From the human T2T-CHM13v2.0 reference genome, Homo sapiens: DNA of 64,000 nt. The position numbers and the translations under genes were made by a program. The stretch lies in assembly GCF_009914755.1 (NCBI RefSeq), contig NC_060928.1; one strand, given 5' to 3'. The notes under the pieces were generated by a model, which worked only from the letters and a program-made list of their open reading frames with translations, searched no databases and was not told the DNA's origin. Below are positions 23,599 through 37,374 of this stretch, one piece after another. Each line of letters starts with the position of its first letter. Within the stretch, counting starts at the first letter, position 1.

Positions 23599-25296
23599 CA
23601 ATGCCAGGAAATTTCTGAGGCTACACTTTTATTCCAGATCCAGGGTTATCCTTTTCTACCACAATCCACACAGGTATTTCTAGTCGGTCTCAGAATTGTG
23701 GATAACATCAGAAATGGAATGCAGCTTGTAGCAAGCCAGAGAGCTAACTTCTAAAATTAAATTAAGATTAGACATGGAACCTCATATCTTTGAAGCCGTG
23801 CTGCATAATAAGGTGGAACTGAATGCTGTGCCCAGGAAATTTATGCCTATTTGCAGCAACACTTCCGAAAAAAATTGAATTGATGAGCAGAGAGTTAATC
23901 ATGTTGTAACAGCATATACAGTAATCTCATGAACCACTCTCCACTGGAGTTAATAATTAACTGCTACTGAGCTACCTAATAATGTGGCCTGGCTTGGCTT
24001 TCCATCAGCAAAGACCCGGCAACCAGGGGCAATGGCTTCTGAGGACAGCCAGTCAAAAATTGCATTTGCCTATAGAAAACCTATGCTTTTACTTCGTCCT
24101 GATTTGGAACAGAGCTGGTTTCCTAGCTAAAGCTGTGGCGATAATGACTAGAAATGAATTTCTCATCTAGGCACATTCTGAAAGGCCCGTTCTGGGCATC
24201 CGTAAAGAAGAAAACTCGTAAGGTAACCTAAAAGGGACAAAATGATAGCTGCTGTAATTCATCTGTCTTTGAACAGCAGTCTGCCAGCCTGCCCAATTAG
24301 GTATTATTGGTCCTTTCACACATATTGTAGTGAAAAAAGAACTTGCTTTATCTTTAGAGAAACTTAGTTTTACTACTGATTCAAACAAATTAAAAATACA
24401 GATTTGGTCTCCTTTCAGGTTTTTGAAATGTCCAATACTGAGTATTTGGTAACCAGTATGCATGTGATTCCTGTAGTGATCATGAGCTCTGATATTGCTA
24501 TGTATACAAAATGCTTTAGAAATCAGCTCACAATGCAGTTTCCTACTGTGGTTTGAGTGAATGATTCATGACTACAAGTTTAAATGGTAGGTAGATATGG
24601 AGAAAAGTCATCTGAGTTTTTAAATGATGACCCCTTTCCAGGTAAAGTGTCAAAAATAATTATTCCTCTTAATTTTTTCTGGACTCCAGTGAAAATGTAC
24701 CATGCCATTTTTCTCCCACCTTAAGGGAACAATTATCCATTGCTCAAAGACTAATGCAAGAGTCTGTAATCTTAATTGAACAAAACATATTTATCTCCCC
24801 CAAATTTAAATGTAAATCCAAAATTTAAAAAGGTTGACCAAAATTGCTTAAAATATTGTTCACCAAAACTAGGAAAAAGTCCAAGCAACTATGAGTTACT
24901 TATGTCATAAGTAAAAAAGCATTTGGTGGCTTCACAATTTTTAATGTAGCCAAGTGGTGTTGAAAATTATGGTTCTTCTGACAAGGTGAAGGTTCTCCAG
25001 GGGTCTGTCTCTCATGGGCGAAAAGGCAAAGTCATTTCATATCAGATGTGTGCTATTTAGATAACTGTTCCGGGTTCTAAAGAAGTTAACAATCATCCAA
25101 ATGGTGATAACTTACTAAAATAATGCATGCTGGTCAGCCCCAGAATACATGATTCACAAAAGGAACTGAAATATACTCATTAATCCTAGAGGCTGAAGAT
25201 CCCAGAACAGTTACTGAAAGTTCTATATAACTTGCCGTTTCTGTAATTTCCAAACAAGGGGCTTCTAAAACCTATGGAGTCCCTTAGACCTCTGCT

Positions 25297-26727
25297 GAGC
25301 TCTTGGTTGATCAGTAACATTGTCAATGAGCAGTAATATTTTGAAAGGTATATTTTTTTCTGAGCAGTAATATTTTTCTGAGCAGTAATATTTTGAAAGA
25401 TATATTTTTTCCTGATCAGAGCTCTTGGTTGATCAGTAACATTGTCAATGAGCAGTAGTATTTTGAAAGATATATTTTTTTCTGAGCAGTAGATCTCAAC
25501 AGTGGGCTTAAAATATTCAATAAATCTTGGTGTAAACAGATGTGCTCTTGTGTTGTTCTTTTGAGAGAACACAGACAGAGTAGATTTAGCATAATTCTTA
25601 AGGGCCCTAGGACTTTCAGAATAGTAAATGAGCACTGTTCTACTTTAAGTCTCCAGCTGCATTAGCCCTTAACAAGAGAGTCAGCCTGTCCTTTGAAGCT
25701 TTGAAACCAGGCACTGATTTCTCCTTTCTGGCTAGGAAAGTCCTAGATGACATCTTCTTGCAATAAAAGGCTACTTCCTCTACATTGAAGATCTATTATT
25801 TAGTGTAGCCACCTTCATCAATTATCTTACCTAGATCTTCTGGATAACTTGCTGCAGCTTGTATGTCAGCACTTGCTGTTTCACCTTGCACTTTTATGTT
25901 ATAGAGATGGTTTCTTTTCTTAAACCTCATGAACCAACCTCTGCTAGCTTCCCACTTTTCTTCTGCAGCTTCCTAACCTCTCTCAGCCTTCATAGAGTTA
26001 AAGAGAGTTAGGGCCTTGATCTGGATTAGGCTCTGGCTCAAAAGAATGTTGTAAGATTTGATCTTCTATCCAGACCACTGAAACTTTCTCCATATTGGCA
26101 ATGAGGCTGTTTCACCTTCTTATCATTCATGTATACACTGGAGTAGCACTTTTAATTTCCTTTGCATTCACAACTTGGCTAACTTTTTGGCACAAAAGGC
26201 CTAGCTTTTGGCCTGTCTCAGCTTTCAATATGTCTTCCTTCCTAAGCTTAATCATTTCTAGATTTTGATTTCAGGTGAGAGACATGCAACTGTTCTTTTC
26301 ACTTGAGCACTTAGAGGCTTTTGTAGAGTTATTAATTGACCTAATTTCAACATTGTTGTGTCTCAGGGAATAGAGAGGCCTGAGGCAAGGGAATGAGATG
26401 GGAAATAGTTGGAGCAGTCAGAGCACACACATTTATGAATTTTTGCCATCTTACATGAGCATGTTTCATGGCACCCCAATATAATTATAATAGTAACATC
26501 AAAGACTGATCACAGATCATTATAACCAATTTAATAATAATGAAAAAGTTTGAAATATTATGAGAATTACTAAAATGTGACACAGAGACACAAGGAGAGT
26601 ACTCGTTGCTGGAAAAATGCTTGAAAGATGCTTGACGCAGCGTTGCCATAAACATACAATTTGTTAAAAAAAAAGCAATATCTGCAATATGCAATAAAGG
26701 GAAGTGCAATACAATGAAATATTCCTG
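25297..26727 (-). mobile_element. Tigger1 5' half with degraded transposase
   Basis: Peptide [41 protein letters not shown]; terminal ..CCTG|TA at 26727. Confidence 0.92.
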
Positions 26728-26949
26728 TATTGGATAGTGCTGCCTTAATTAAAGAAGAAAATCAATATTTATTGAGAAGTTACAATGTGATAGACATCGT
26801 ATTCTCTTTTAACTATTTCACTGTGAAGAAAAGAGCTTAAGTCACTTGTTCAAGTCATATAACTGATACGGGGCAGAGCTACGACTCAATCCAGTTTCTT
26901 TTGATCCAAGCCCAGTGTCATTTCCAAGCATGGCCAAGTGTTGGCTCAT

Positions 26950-27270
26950 CCATTCATCCATCTAACACATACTTACTGAGAGAGTGACTGTATATTTTAA
27001 TGTCAGGACAACATATGATATTTTAATGTGACCGTATATTTTAATGTCAGGACAACATGTGTTATAATATTTTATGTCAGGACAACATGTGAAAACTTTT
27101 ATTGAACAAACTGGACTCTCTGCTTACTGAGCACCTGGCTAGCAACTGGAGCTGTATGGTGAGAAAGGCCAAATGTAGTTCTACCTTCATAGAACCTATA
27201 GGCTCATGGGGGAGTCACACATTAAATATATAATCCCCAAATTATTCATCAGCCACAATTGTGAAAGTAT
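26950..27270 (-). mobile_element. L2 3' end containing a local tandem patchwork
   Basis: cattcatccatctaacacatacttactgag..ttctaccttcatagaacctata.. Confidence 0.55.
26986..27092. repeat. Three copies of TATTTTA(A)TGTCAGGACAACAT with partial spacers
   Basis: Directly visible. Confidence 0.85.
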
Positions 27271-29714
27271 CAAATGTGAAAGCCCATCCGTTTTGGGCGA
27301 GGCTTCCGAATCCCATTAAATAACAACAACAATCATAATTAAGAATCAGGATTTAGCTTCCAATGCCTGGGAAGTTCAAATGAGTAAGGTAAATCTATGA
27401 CACTGGTGGCCTCCTGATTGATGAGTCCACTGTAATCTCTATGCCTGGTAAACAGAGAGATCTATTTCATTCAAGGTCATCCTGGGTTGGCATGACCAAC
27501 TTCAATTTCATCTGATTCTCCTTGGGTAGAAGTATTTTTGAGACGAAGAGCTGAGATCGGCTAATTTGTCAACATTACAAAGCAGGAGACTTATCCTTGT
27601 AACTCTTCTCCCTCACTGAACCTTCCCAGCAGCAGCTGCTGACATATGAACCTCGCAGATGAAGATGCCATAGCATGGCTATTTCTCGACTGCACTGCTG
27701 AAGGTAAGATAGTGAGAAAATGCTTTTTCGTAGCAATTTCTTTGTCATTTTTAACAGGGTCAAACTCAAATACTCATAAAAGGAGATTGAGAGCCAATAT
27801 GCTATACCATCAAATTTAAAAAGCAAAAAAATCAAAGCCATAAACTGTTATCATTTCCAGTATGTTATTCCTTCTAATGCTAGCCCATTAGTTTCAATAA
27901 AAGAACAACAGAATGTCCATTTCACTGTAACTTGACATGCTTATTATGCCAATATGATTAGTTTTTGCAAAACACTCATGTACTGGTTATAGTTTATAGA
28001 AAAATTGATTTCACAGAACCAGATAAATTAGAATTGGAAACATTCTATTAGGTCACGAGGTGCATCCCCCGGGGCTAGTATAGAATTAATCCCCAGTTCC
28101 CAGTGTATTATCTGATGGAGTTTTCTATCAGGTTTTGATGGGCTTACATATTTATTATAGGCTGGCAATACATACCACTAAAAATTATACCAATCCATCT
28201 GAGAAATAAAATTCTAGAAAAATAAGCGTCTGCTGAGCACTAATTTTACTTTGGTGGATACATTTTTAATATACTGGTGTTTATAGCCTCTCATCTTATA
28301 AAAGGCAGGGTAGTAGCACTGGATCATGGGTTGGCATTACAATCAAATAGCGAATTTGCATATCTTAAGTTGCAAGAATTTCCCCAGACAAAATTTCCCA
28401 TCAGATTTACACAAAATGTGGTATGAATTTTTTATTCCCAAGAATGGGTTATTTTGCGTAAAGGAAATTGAATCCTGTACCTCAAGCAAGTGGCTGCGAT
28501 CAAACACTTGACTAGCCTGACATTTTCATCTTCTTAGGCACTGTGTACTGAGCTATGACTCCGGGACAGATATTTGCGAGAGGGTGGTGCATGCAACTCT
28601 GAACTGGAGGGCTGGGAGTGGGGTGTGGTGAGGGAGTCGGCTGGTGTTGCCTGAACTCCACATGTCCTGCTTTCTTCCTCAGCATGGCTGCTTTTGGGCA
28701 GTGACTCGGAGAGGGAGAAAAGCAGAGAAGGAAGAGATAGCTTCTCCAAGTAAAATTTATATATACTCTTCTACATAGAGTCAGCCCATAAACTCCTGAG
28801 ATCTCCCAGGTCAGGGTAGGATTGCCTCTCTGCTTCCACATGTACCATTCAAGAATTCTCCTCCCCCATTGAGACCATCCTTGAAGTTCATTGTCACTCA
28901 CCTATTAAAGATGTTGGAGAAAAGCACATGATGGGATTTTCCTCAATCCTGCTAGGTTGTTTCTTCACCCCTTGCTCCTTCACAGAGATAACAAGCAGAA
29001 AGTTTGATGTGGGCTCAGTTGTGGGGAGGTGGTAGGCGAGGAAGTCAGGTTATGCCTGCAAAAAAGCAGCGAGGAAGGCACAGAAGTGTAACGTTCAGCC
29101 AAATAATGCTTTGTTCCACTTGTTGTTCACATTCTCATGTCCCTGTGTGAAAGCCTAGATGAAATTCTTGTTGTTCGGGATGCGGCTGATGGGTATTATG
29201 TCTGGAGAGCATCCCAGCGAAGGTCTTATACATCTTTTTTTTTATACACCTGCATGTTAAATGAGCAAGAACACCCAGATGCTGAGTAAGACTTATGAAT
29301 TTGGTGTAAATTGTGCAAAAAGTAATTTTGTATGTCCAGAAAGTAGTGCTGTCAGTAGTACAGTTTTTCTAAACTCTCCATAATTTAGGAGAATGCAAAC
29401 TGAAAGGCAGTCAAACAGCCACAAGGCCTAATTGCACAGCACAGTGTATCAGTTTCGACAGGTGCCTGTCACAGAGAAGGCTCTTGCCCACTAGGGATTC
29501 TTTTATACCCAAAGCAGAAGCCAGTAAAACTGCTCGAGGAGGTTAAAAAAGGCAGGGACCTTAGCCACGTTAACCCTCAGATGGTGGCAGTAAAGACAGC
29601 TTTATCCATGGGCTCTGGCAAAGTGAAGATGGTGAAACAATTCTGAAGAAAAGAAGCCAGGGAGCTGCACTCTTGGGGTCGGACAGAATTTCAGTAGTGA
29701 TCAAGGTCCACCTT

Positions 29715-29877
29715 TGCCACTCTAAGTGTGGCCCACGCACAAGAAGAATCAGCATGACCTGGAAACTTGTGTCACTTACAGAATCTTGAGCCCTACCTCA
29801 AACTTACTGAATCAGAAATATGCATTTTTCAAAACTCCAGGTGATTTGTTTGCACATGAAGATTTGAGAAGCACTGG
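29715..29877. mobile_element. MER5A-type element
   Basis: aagtgtggccc..tcagcatgacctgg..tactgaatcagaaa..caggtgatt..gcacatgaagatttgagaagcactg. Confidence 0.78.
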
Positions 29878-29999
29878 TATACACCACCATTTCCCTAGTG
29901 GTTTTCCCATGGTAGAAGCCTGAACTTGCTAAGAAGGGACACAGATTTTTTAGCCCAGTGAAAAGTTGATCTCATTCTCATTTCAGTAATAGCCAATGA

Positions 30000-30489
30000 A
30001 TGACTATGCTTTCCTTCATTACTTTTTTTTTTCTTTAATTTTTTGACCATTCTCATTGTTTCCTTTTGGGAACAATTCCTCACTGCATGTGATTCTGGCA
30101 AGACTGTCAGCCATATAGGCTGGGCATTTGATTGAGGTTAGCTAGAAACATTTTTTTTTCTCCTGGGGATTGATCTAGAGAAGAGGGTCTTTATTCTTCT
30201 GAAATCCTAAGGTGCAGGAAAAATATAGGCTTGGGACTGGGACTGGCAGGAATATCTTGGCTACCATATGTAGAGAAAATCTGCATGAGAATGAAGCCAG
30301 AGGAGCCAGGCAGAGCAGAAAGGTAGAGAGAGAGAAATCATTTGAGCACCTGAGACCAGTTTTGCCCAAAGGCAGACAACCCTGGGACTTCCGAGTTGAG
30401 CGAGCCAGTAAATTCAGTTTAGCTGAAAGCAGTTTTAGGTTAGTTTTTTGTCATTTGTAGCTTAAAAAAAAAAGTGGTTCTGACTAATA
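30000..30489 (+). mobile_element. Old MLT1 (J/K-like) LTR
   Basis: tgcatgagaatgaagcca..catttgagcacctg..gagccagtaaattc..ttttgtcatttgtagc..tctgactaata. Confidence 0.6.
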
Positions 30490-31289
30490 TATTCCTGAAA
30501 TTGGATCATCAGATCTTCCAAACCAGAAACTTCGACATCTGGAAACCTAGAAATAAATGAAGAGAATAAATTCATTATAAAGTTCACAACCTGTAATTTG
30601 ACCACTGTGTGAGTGAGTTTGTGTGAGTATCTGTAAGAATAATCTGAGTATAAATGTAGAAGATTTAAAACTTTTAGGCACTCATGAGCCCTAAATACCA
30701 ATTATCTGTATAATTGCAGCAGGCTGTGTTTATTTTCTGGATTTAGAGACAATGCCTATTGAAATTAATATTCAAATTTATGCCAACTAATATGCAAATC
30801 AGGTTGGCTTTGGTGCTTATAAACAAGAGAATAGGATTGCAGCACTGGCATTTCAATGGTGCTGATGCTTTGATTAACGAAGACAAAGAGGGCTAGAATG
30901 CAGATGAAACATGTTTCCTTGGACTACCCAATGCAAATGGGAAATTTATAGCTCTGTAAACTGTTTTAAAACATAAAACAATACCTCAATTTAATATAGC
31001 AGCTTAACCATTCATTAATTTACTCAGTGCAAACACTGCAACTTTCAGAAATGATGCTACCCATAAATACAATCTACAACCACAAAAAATTGAAAAAAAC
31101 ACAAAAGAAAATTGTGCTTTTACTCCTGCCAAATTTCAAAATCTAAATCTACAATTGTTTGTTCCACTTGAAACACTGAAGCCTGCTTCTCTTCTATAAT
31201 CAGTTGATATCCACTCTTGGACATCTATTTCACTCTTATGTGTCTAGTTCAATATTATGTATGGTATGTATACGTATTTTTAAGTTATC

Positions 31290-31810
31290 CATTAGAATTA
31301 GGTTAAGTTATAACAGAAACTTGAAAAGTAGTAGCTTAAATAAGGTAGAAATGTTTTTATTTCTTAATAAAAAATAATGTATGGAGTTGGACAGCCCCGG
31401 GCCAGTAGAATGCCTCCATAGTTATTGAGAACTAAAGATTCTTCCAGATTTTCAAACACAGAGTATACAATGTGGTGCTCATCCTCTACGTTCAAGACAA
31501 CTGCTGGGTCTCTCTAGCCATAAAATCCAGTTTCCCAGCAGCAGGATGGAAAAAAAGAAGAGTTTGCCACTTTTCTTTTTTTTTTTCTTTTAGAAAAAAC
31601 TTGCCAGAGGAAATTCCAAAAGGTTGTACTTTTACAAAGTATATCTGCTTACATCTCATTAATCAGAATTTATTTATATGCCATGCGTAGCTACGGGAGA
31701 GGCTGGAAGATGTGGTCTTTTAGCTGGGAGGCCATGTGCCTTGATAAAAATCATTATTCTGTTAATTTGGGAGAGAAACAGAGAACAGGAATGTCATTAG
31801 ATAACTCTGC
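31290..31810 (-). mobile_element. Old MLT1 LTR
   Basis: ataacagaaac..agtagcttaaataag..catctcatt..cagaa..catg..tagct..ggaggctggaagatgtggtctttt. Confidence 0.6.
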
Positions 31811-33031
31811 TCCAAGTATTAAATATGTATGTGTTTATCAATTTATTTTGTGTTTCCCCCACTGGAAACTAGCTCCACATGGGCAAAGACTTTGTTTTCT
31901 TCATGGTTGTACCCTTAATATTATTTTATATTTCCCTTCTCTGACTTTTTTTCCAGTAGTTTAAGAACATCAACCAGACTGCTGTGTTGAGAAGAATACA
32001 GACACTGCATTCAGATTCAGTGAGAAAGAGTGCTTTGATCAACTAATATTTTCTGCAGTGGTCCATCCATGTGTGTTGGGTTTTACTGTTCCTGGCTTAA
32101 GCATTCTCTACAACCATGAGCTTGCAACTAAAATGCTGAGAAATGTATGGCTACCATAAAGCCAGTTTAAATCTATATGCCAAAAGGCCTTATTTAAATT
32201 TGTTGTGTCCAGTGTTTTATTCTAACTAAAGATAGTATTCTCTGCAAGTTTTTTTTTCTTATGTGGAACTCTCTTGCACAGTTGTAGATTTTGCAGGGTT
32301 CCAGAGTGTTGCTAAAGGAATTATGTGCAAATTCCAAGTTGGCAAATTCTTACCAGAAAGTTGCTGGGAAAAGAGAGTTTTGCTTTTCTTTAAAAGACAA
32401 AATGGAAAAACAGGTTATGAGTCTTATGCTGTCAGAACAGAGATGCAATTCTATGACATGTGTATCTTCTGATTCATTTAGAAAGCAAGAGGGGGCCTAG
32501 AGGAGTGATAAGGGCTTTTCAAGTTCAACACAAATGCTAGAAAGAAAAGCTTAGGCTTTCTCTTTATTTAGCTCCAACAAGCCAAGCATGGGGACAAAAA
32601 GGCCAGAGTTAAATTAAACTACAATTAAAAATAGCTAAGACTATTGAGTAAAGCACCAAATTGCATCTAAAAAATGATGTCTTTAAAAAGCTGTCATTGC
32701 AGCAACCTTCTTTTTGTGCCCCACACAACACATTTCATCAGTCTTGGTGACAAGACAGTGACTTGATGAGGCTGTGATTCTTTCAGAGGGAGGGAATTCT
32801 GCAACTCTCCACAAAGATAAACTGGAATTTTCAGAGTATGGTTTGAAAAGCCCCCTTAAAGACTCATACACATCCCTTGGGGCACGTGTCCCTCTCTCTC
32901 ATGACTTACCCACTTGTGAGTCAGGAATTATTGCCTTATTGGAATGATCTGCGTTGCTGTTTAATTTTTGTCTTGTTTAGCTGCATCCATGGAGAATGGC
33001 CCATTTGTAAATAATATCTGGTAATTCTGGG

Positions 33032-33572
33032 TCTTAGTTTGGATTCTTTCAAAAACAAAGTTTAAGGGTCTTGGAAGCAGATTATTTATCTGGGAGGTGG
33101 TCTCAGAAGGAGGAGTGAGAAAACAGATTAAGACAGGGAAGGAGGAAAATCCAATATATGAGTGTGTTATTGAGGTCACACTATGGGCAACAGGGTCTTG
33201 ATTATACCAGGACCCAGAAAAGTGTACAAATATGTCCCAGAATTGTCACTTTGAAGTATGGGAATTTGGCGCATTTCTGCACTGGCACCCTTCCTATTGG
33301 TTGTGCATTGCCCCAGGGGCATTAGCATACAGCAGCCCCTGACTTTGGGGCTGTGTATTTGTGTGGACAGAGTACTCCCTGACATCAGAGAACCCTGCTC
33401 ATTACTGGCTTGCAGAAAGGCTCATGAGACCTTGATTGAGATGGACAATGACAGAACAAGGTGAGTCTGGCATTTACTCGGGGCTGTCTGCTGCAGCTAC
33501 AGCTAAAGTCAGAGGTGGATTGAGGTAGAATGATGGGGAGGGAGAAGGTGGGTACCAGAGGTGTCTGCTGCA
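33032..33572 (-). mobile_element. ERVL LTR (LTR40/LTR16-like)
   Basis: tcttagtttggattc..ttatttatctgggaggtg..agacagggaaggagg..gtgtgttattgagg..cctattggttg. Confidence 0.55.
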
Positions 33573-33617
33573 GTCTCTGACTGTGAACTGGAACTCAGTT
33601 AATGCTCAGCAGTTTGA

Positions 33618-33937
<320 letters not shown>

Positions 33938-34474
33938 CATCAATGGATTTGATTGTATATTTTTAACTAAGGAGACAATTTAAAATTGGTGTTAACCTAA
34001 AGTTAACAAAGTGAGGACTAACATCACAATAGCCATCTTACATCTTATACAGATGTAATTTAAATCCTTGGATTCTCCTCTCTCTTCCTTCTTCTTGTTT
34101 TAACTTTCAAATATCCCTTCTGCATGCTACTATCTCTACCCAAGGGTAGGGATGGAAAAGCAAGGTGGTGAAAATAGAATCTGTCAAATACTGTCACTTG
34201 TTAGAAACTCTTTTAAAAGTCCTTATGGAATAGGAAGCTGAGATTGTTGGCCAAAATGAGATTTGGGGATTACAGGCGATTTGAATTTCTCCATGGTATT
34301 CAATTTCTATAGTTAATTGGGACATGACTCATAAGTCTAAATAATTGGCATAGAATGCCAAAAAGAAAGATGCATGAACTGCTTATTATTGATGCAGCTG
34401 CATTTCCTGTGTGTGGTGGCCATGGTGGGCAAAGGATGCAGGGGCAGCAGAGCCTGGTGGAGACTGCAAGGATT

Positions 34475-34632
34475 TGTGGCTCTGAGTCTGCCCTTGGCTA
34501 GCCATGAGACACAGGGCAAGATAACCATCCTCACGGAGCCTCCGTTTCCTCAGCTATAAGATAGAAGTAATAATAGCTTCCTTGCAGGGTCATTGAGAGG
34601 ATTAAGTATAATTATGCAAAATGTTTGGCATC
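34475..34632 (+). mobile_element. MIR
   Basis: ggcaag..gagcctccgtttcctcagctataagat..taataatagc..gaggattaa. Confidence 0.7.
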
Positions 34633-35409
34633 TTGAAACTGTACTATTAACAAGCCAATGGATAATAAATGCAAAATCTCATTTCTATTTTGTATCCTAC
34701 TTTGACTTAGTTTCTGGGTAAAGTTTTCATTTACTGAAACCAACTGCTTTGACTCATTTAGACTTAGTCATTGAATGTAAAATTAGCAAGTCCCTTGGGT
34801 TGATATTGAGCTGAAAATGCAGATGCCAGGAGGTCAGCACATTCCCCATTTTACCCACTCCAAGAAGATGGAGCCATCTCAGTGAACAGAACGGCTGCTC
34901 CTAAACACAAAGCATCCAGCAGTAATTGGTCCCACAGCAGTCCCCCTCCTGTGGCCACCGCTCATATTCTGGACATGGTGAGAAGAAAGGCAGGTCCAGA
35001 GCAGGATGGATGGGGGCAACCTTTGGTGGTTCCTCATCATCCGAGGCTGTCTGGATCTATCATAGGGGAGGATTTTGGCTCAGTCTGCAGCCCAAGTTAG
35101 GCCACTCCAGGAAGCAACAGGGCCCTGGTCTTCAAATCTAGAGGTCCATGAAGACTTTCCAAGAGATACACAGGCATGTTTAGATTTAAGGGACTCTATT
35201 TCCAGTTCCTCAACTTTCATATGTACTTCTTCTAAACTAAGTAGTGGTGACCTGAAAACAAGACTGTTTCTCTCTTCCATATTCCCTTTAATAGTCTCCC
35301 TTCTACTTCACTAGAGAAAAGCAAGTGTCTCTCACCTATTTCAAAACATACCACAGTGCATTGCCCAGGATGTCAAAAACTCTGTGACTCCAAACAAAGG
35401 GACAAGTAG

Positions 35410-35697
<288 letters not shown>

Positions 35698-35702
35698 TCT
35701 AC

Positions 35703-36070
35703 TTTTTTTTTTTTTAACTTTTATCTTAAGTTCAGGGATACATGTGCAGGTTTGTATCGGTTAACTCATGTCATAGGGTTTTGTTGTACAGATTGTTTCA
35801 TCACCCAGGTACTAAGCCTAATACCCATTAGTTATTTTTGTCTGATCCTCTCCCTCCTCCCACCCTCCACCCTGTGAAAAGCTCCAGTGTCTGTTGCTCC
35901 CCTCTTTGTGTCCATGTATTCTCATCATTTAGCTCCCACTTGTAAGTGAGAACATGCAGTGTTTGGTTTTCTGTTCCTGCGTTAGTTTGCTAAGGATAAT
36001 GGCCTCCTGTTCCATCCACGTTCCTGTAAAGCACATAATCTCATTCCTTTTTTTATGGCTGTACAGAGTA
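35703..36070 (-). mobile_element. L1 3' end (old L1PA/L1PB class)
   Basis: Poly-T + ttaagttcagggatacatgtgcagg..ttagctcccacttgtaagtgagaacatgc. Confidence 0.9.
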
Positions 36071-36571
36071 CACTATTTTTTTTAAAGGACCTTGAATTTT
36101 CCATAATCCACATATTTCTGAAGAAACATTTCCTGCTGAAGGAGATCCCTGTGACTCTGAAAAGGAATAACAAGGGCACGATGTTTTTCAGTGGTAAGGC
36201 TGGGAGGGTTACCTGTCTATCTGTAGAGGTGGCTGTTACAGAGGTATGTCTCAACACATTTATTTGGATTAATAAATGAAGCCAGATATGTGTGACAAAA
36301 AATAAGCCTGATTTGGCCAACTGCTTTGACAATGAGGACCTTTTATGTGGCAGACATTTTCCATTAATCAGTGAGGTAAACGTGTATCTCTTAAGTTGAA
36401 TTAAAAATATTTAAAACGTGATAATACTAAGGCATTTAATAAGAAATATAAATATTAGAAAAGGCCTAGTGAAATAAGCAATAATTTGGTTTTCCCAATC
36501 GTTATGTATGTATCAGGTTAAACAAGGTACTCCTCAGTGAATGAGCAGACTGTACAAATGACAGTCATTTC

Positions 36572-37373
36572 ATACATGCAGCAAAAGATCATATAAAAAA
36601 AATTCAGTGTCACTGATCATTAGAGAAATGGAAGTCAAAACCACAATGAGATACCATCTCACACCAGTGAGAATGACTATTATGAAAAAGTCAAAAAATA
36701 GCAGGTGCTGGCAAGGTTGTGGAGAAAAAGGAATGCTTATAAACTGTTGGTGGGAGTGTAAATTAGTTCAACCATTGAGGAAGACAGTGTGGAGATTCCT
36801 GAAAGACCTAAAGACAGAAATAGCATTTGACCCAGCAATCCCATTACTGGGTATATACCCAAAGGAATATAAATCGTTCTATTATAAAGACTCATGCACA
36901 CATGTGTTCATTGCAGCACTGTTCACAATAGCAAAAACATGGAATCAACCTAATGATAGATTCCATCAATGACAGACTGGATAAAGAAACTGCGGTACAT
37001 ATACACCACAGAATACTATGCAGCCATAAAAAAGAACGAGATCATGTCCTTTGCAGGGACATGAACGAGCTGGAGGCCATTGTACTTAGCAAACTAATGC
37101 AGGAACAGAAAACCAAATACTGCATGTTCTCACTTATAAGTGAGAGCTAAATGATGGGAACACATGGACACAAAGAGGGGAACAAAACACATTGGGGCTT
37201 ATCAGAGAGTAGAGGGTGGGAGGAGGGAGAGGATCAGAAAAAATAACTAATGGGTACTGGGTTTGATACCTGGGTGACAAAATAATCTGTACAACAAACT
37301 CCCAAGACACATATTTACCTATGTAACAAACCTGCACATGTACTTCTGAACTTGAAATAAAAGCTTAAAAAAG
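36572..37373 (+). mobile_element. L1 ORF2 C-terminus and 3'UTR (old L1PA/L1PB class)
   Basis: SLIIREMEVKTTMRYHLTPVRM..CWQGCGEKGMLINCWWECKLVQPL..; ends aataaaagcttaaaaaa. Confidence 0.93.
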
Positions 37374-37374
37374 T

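Noticed and set aside
25186-25635. 149-aa ORF as a TIGD1-like gene
   Set aside because: Degraded Tigger1 transposase with frameshifts and a duplication; half the element is missing
26986-27092. CRISPR-like repeat-spacer array (also 25297-25491)
   Set aside because: Primate DNA; spacers are irregular and derived from the repeats themselves; no cas genes
36607-36972. 121-aa Cys-rich ORF (also 44567-44977, 45178-45435)
   Set aside because: L1 ORF2 C-terminal remnants in truncated elements
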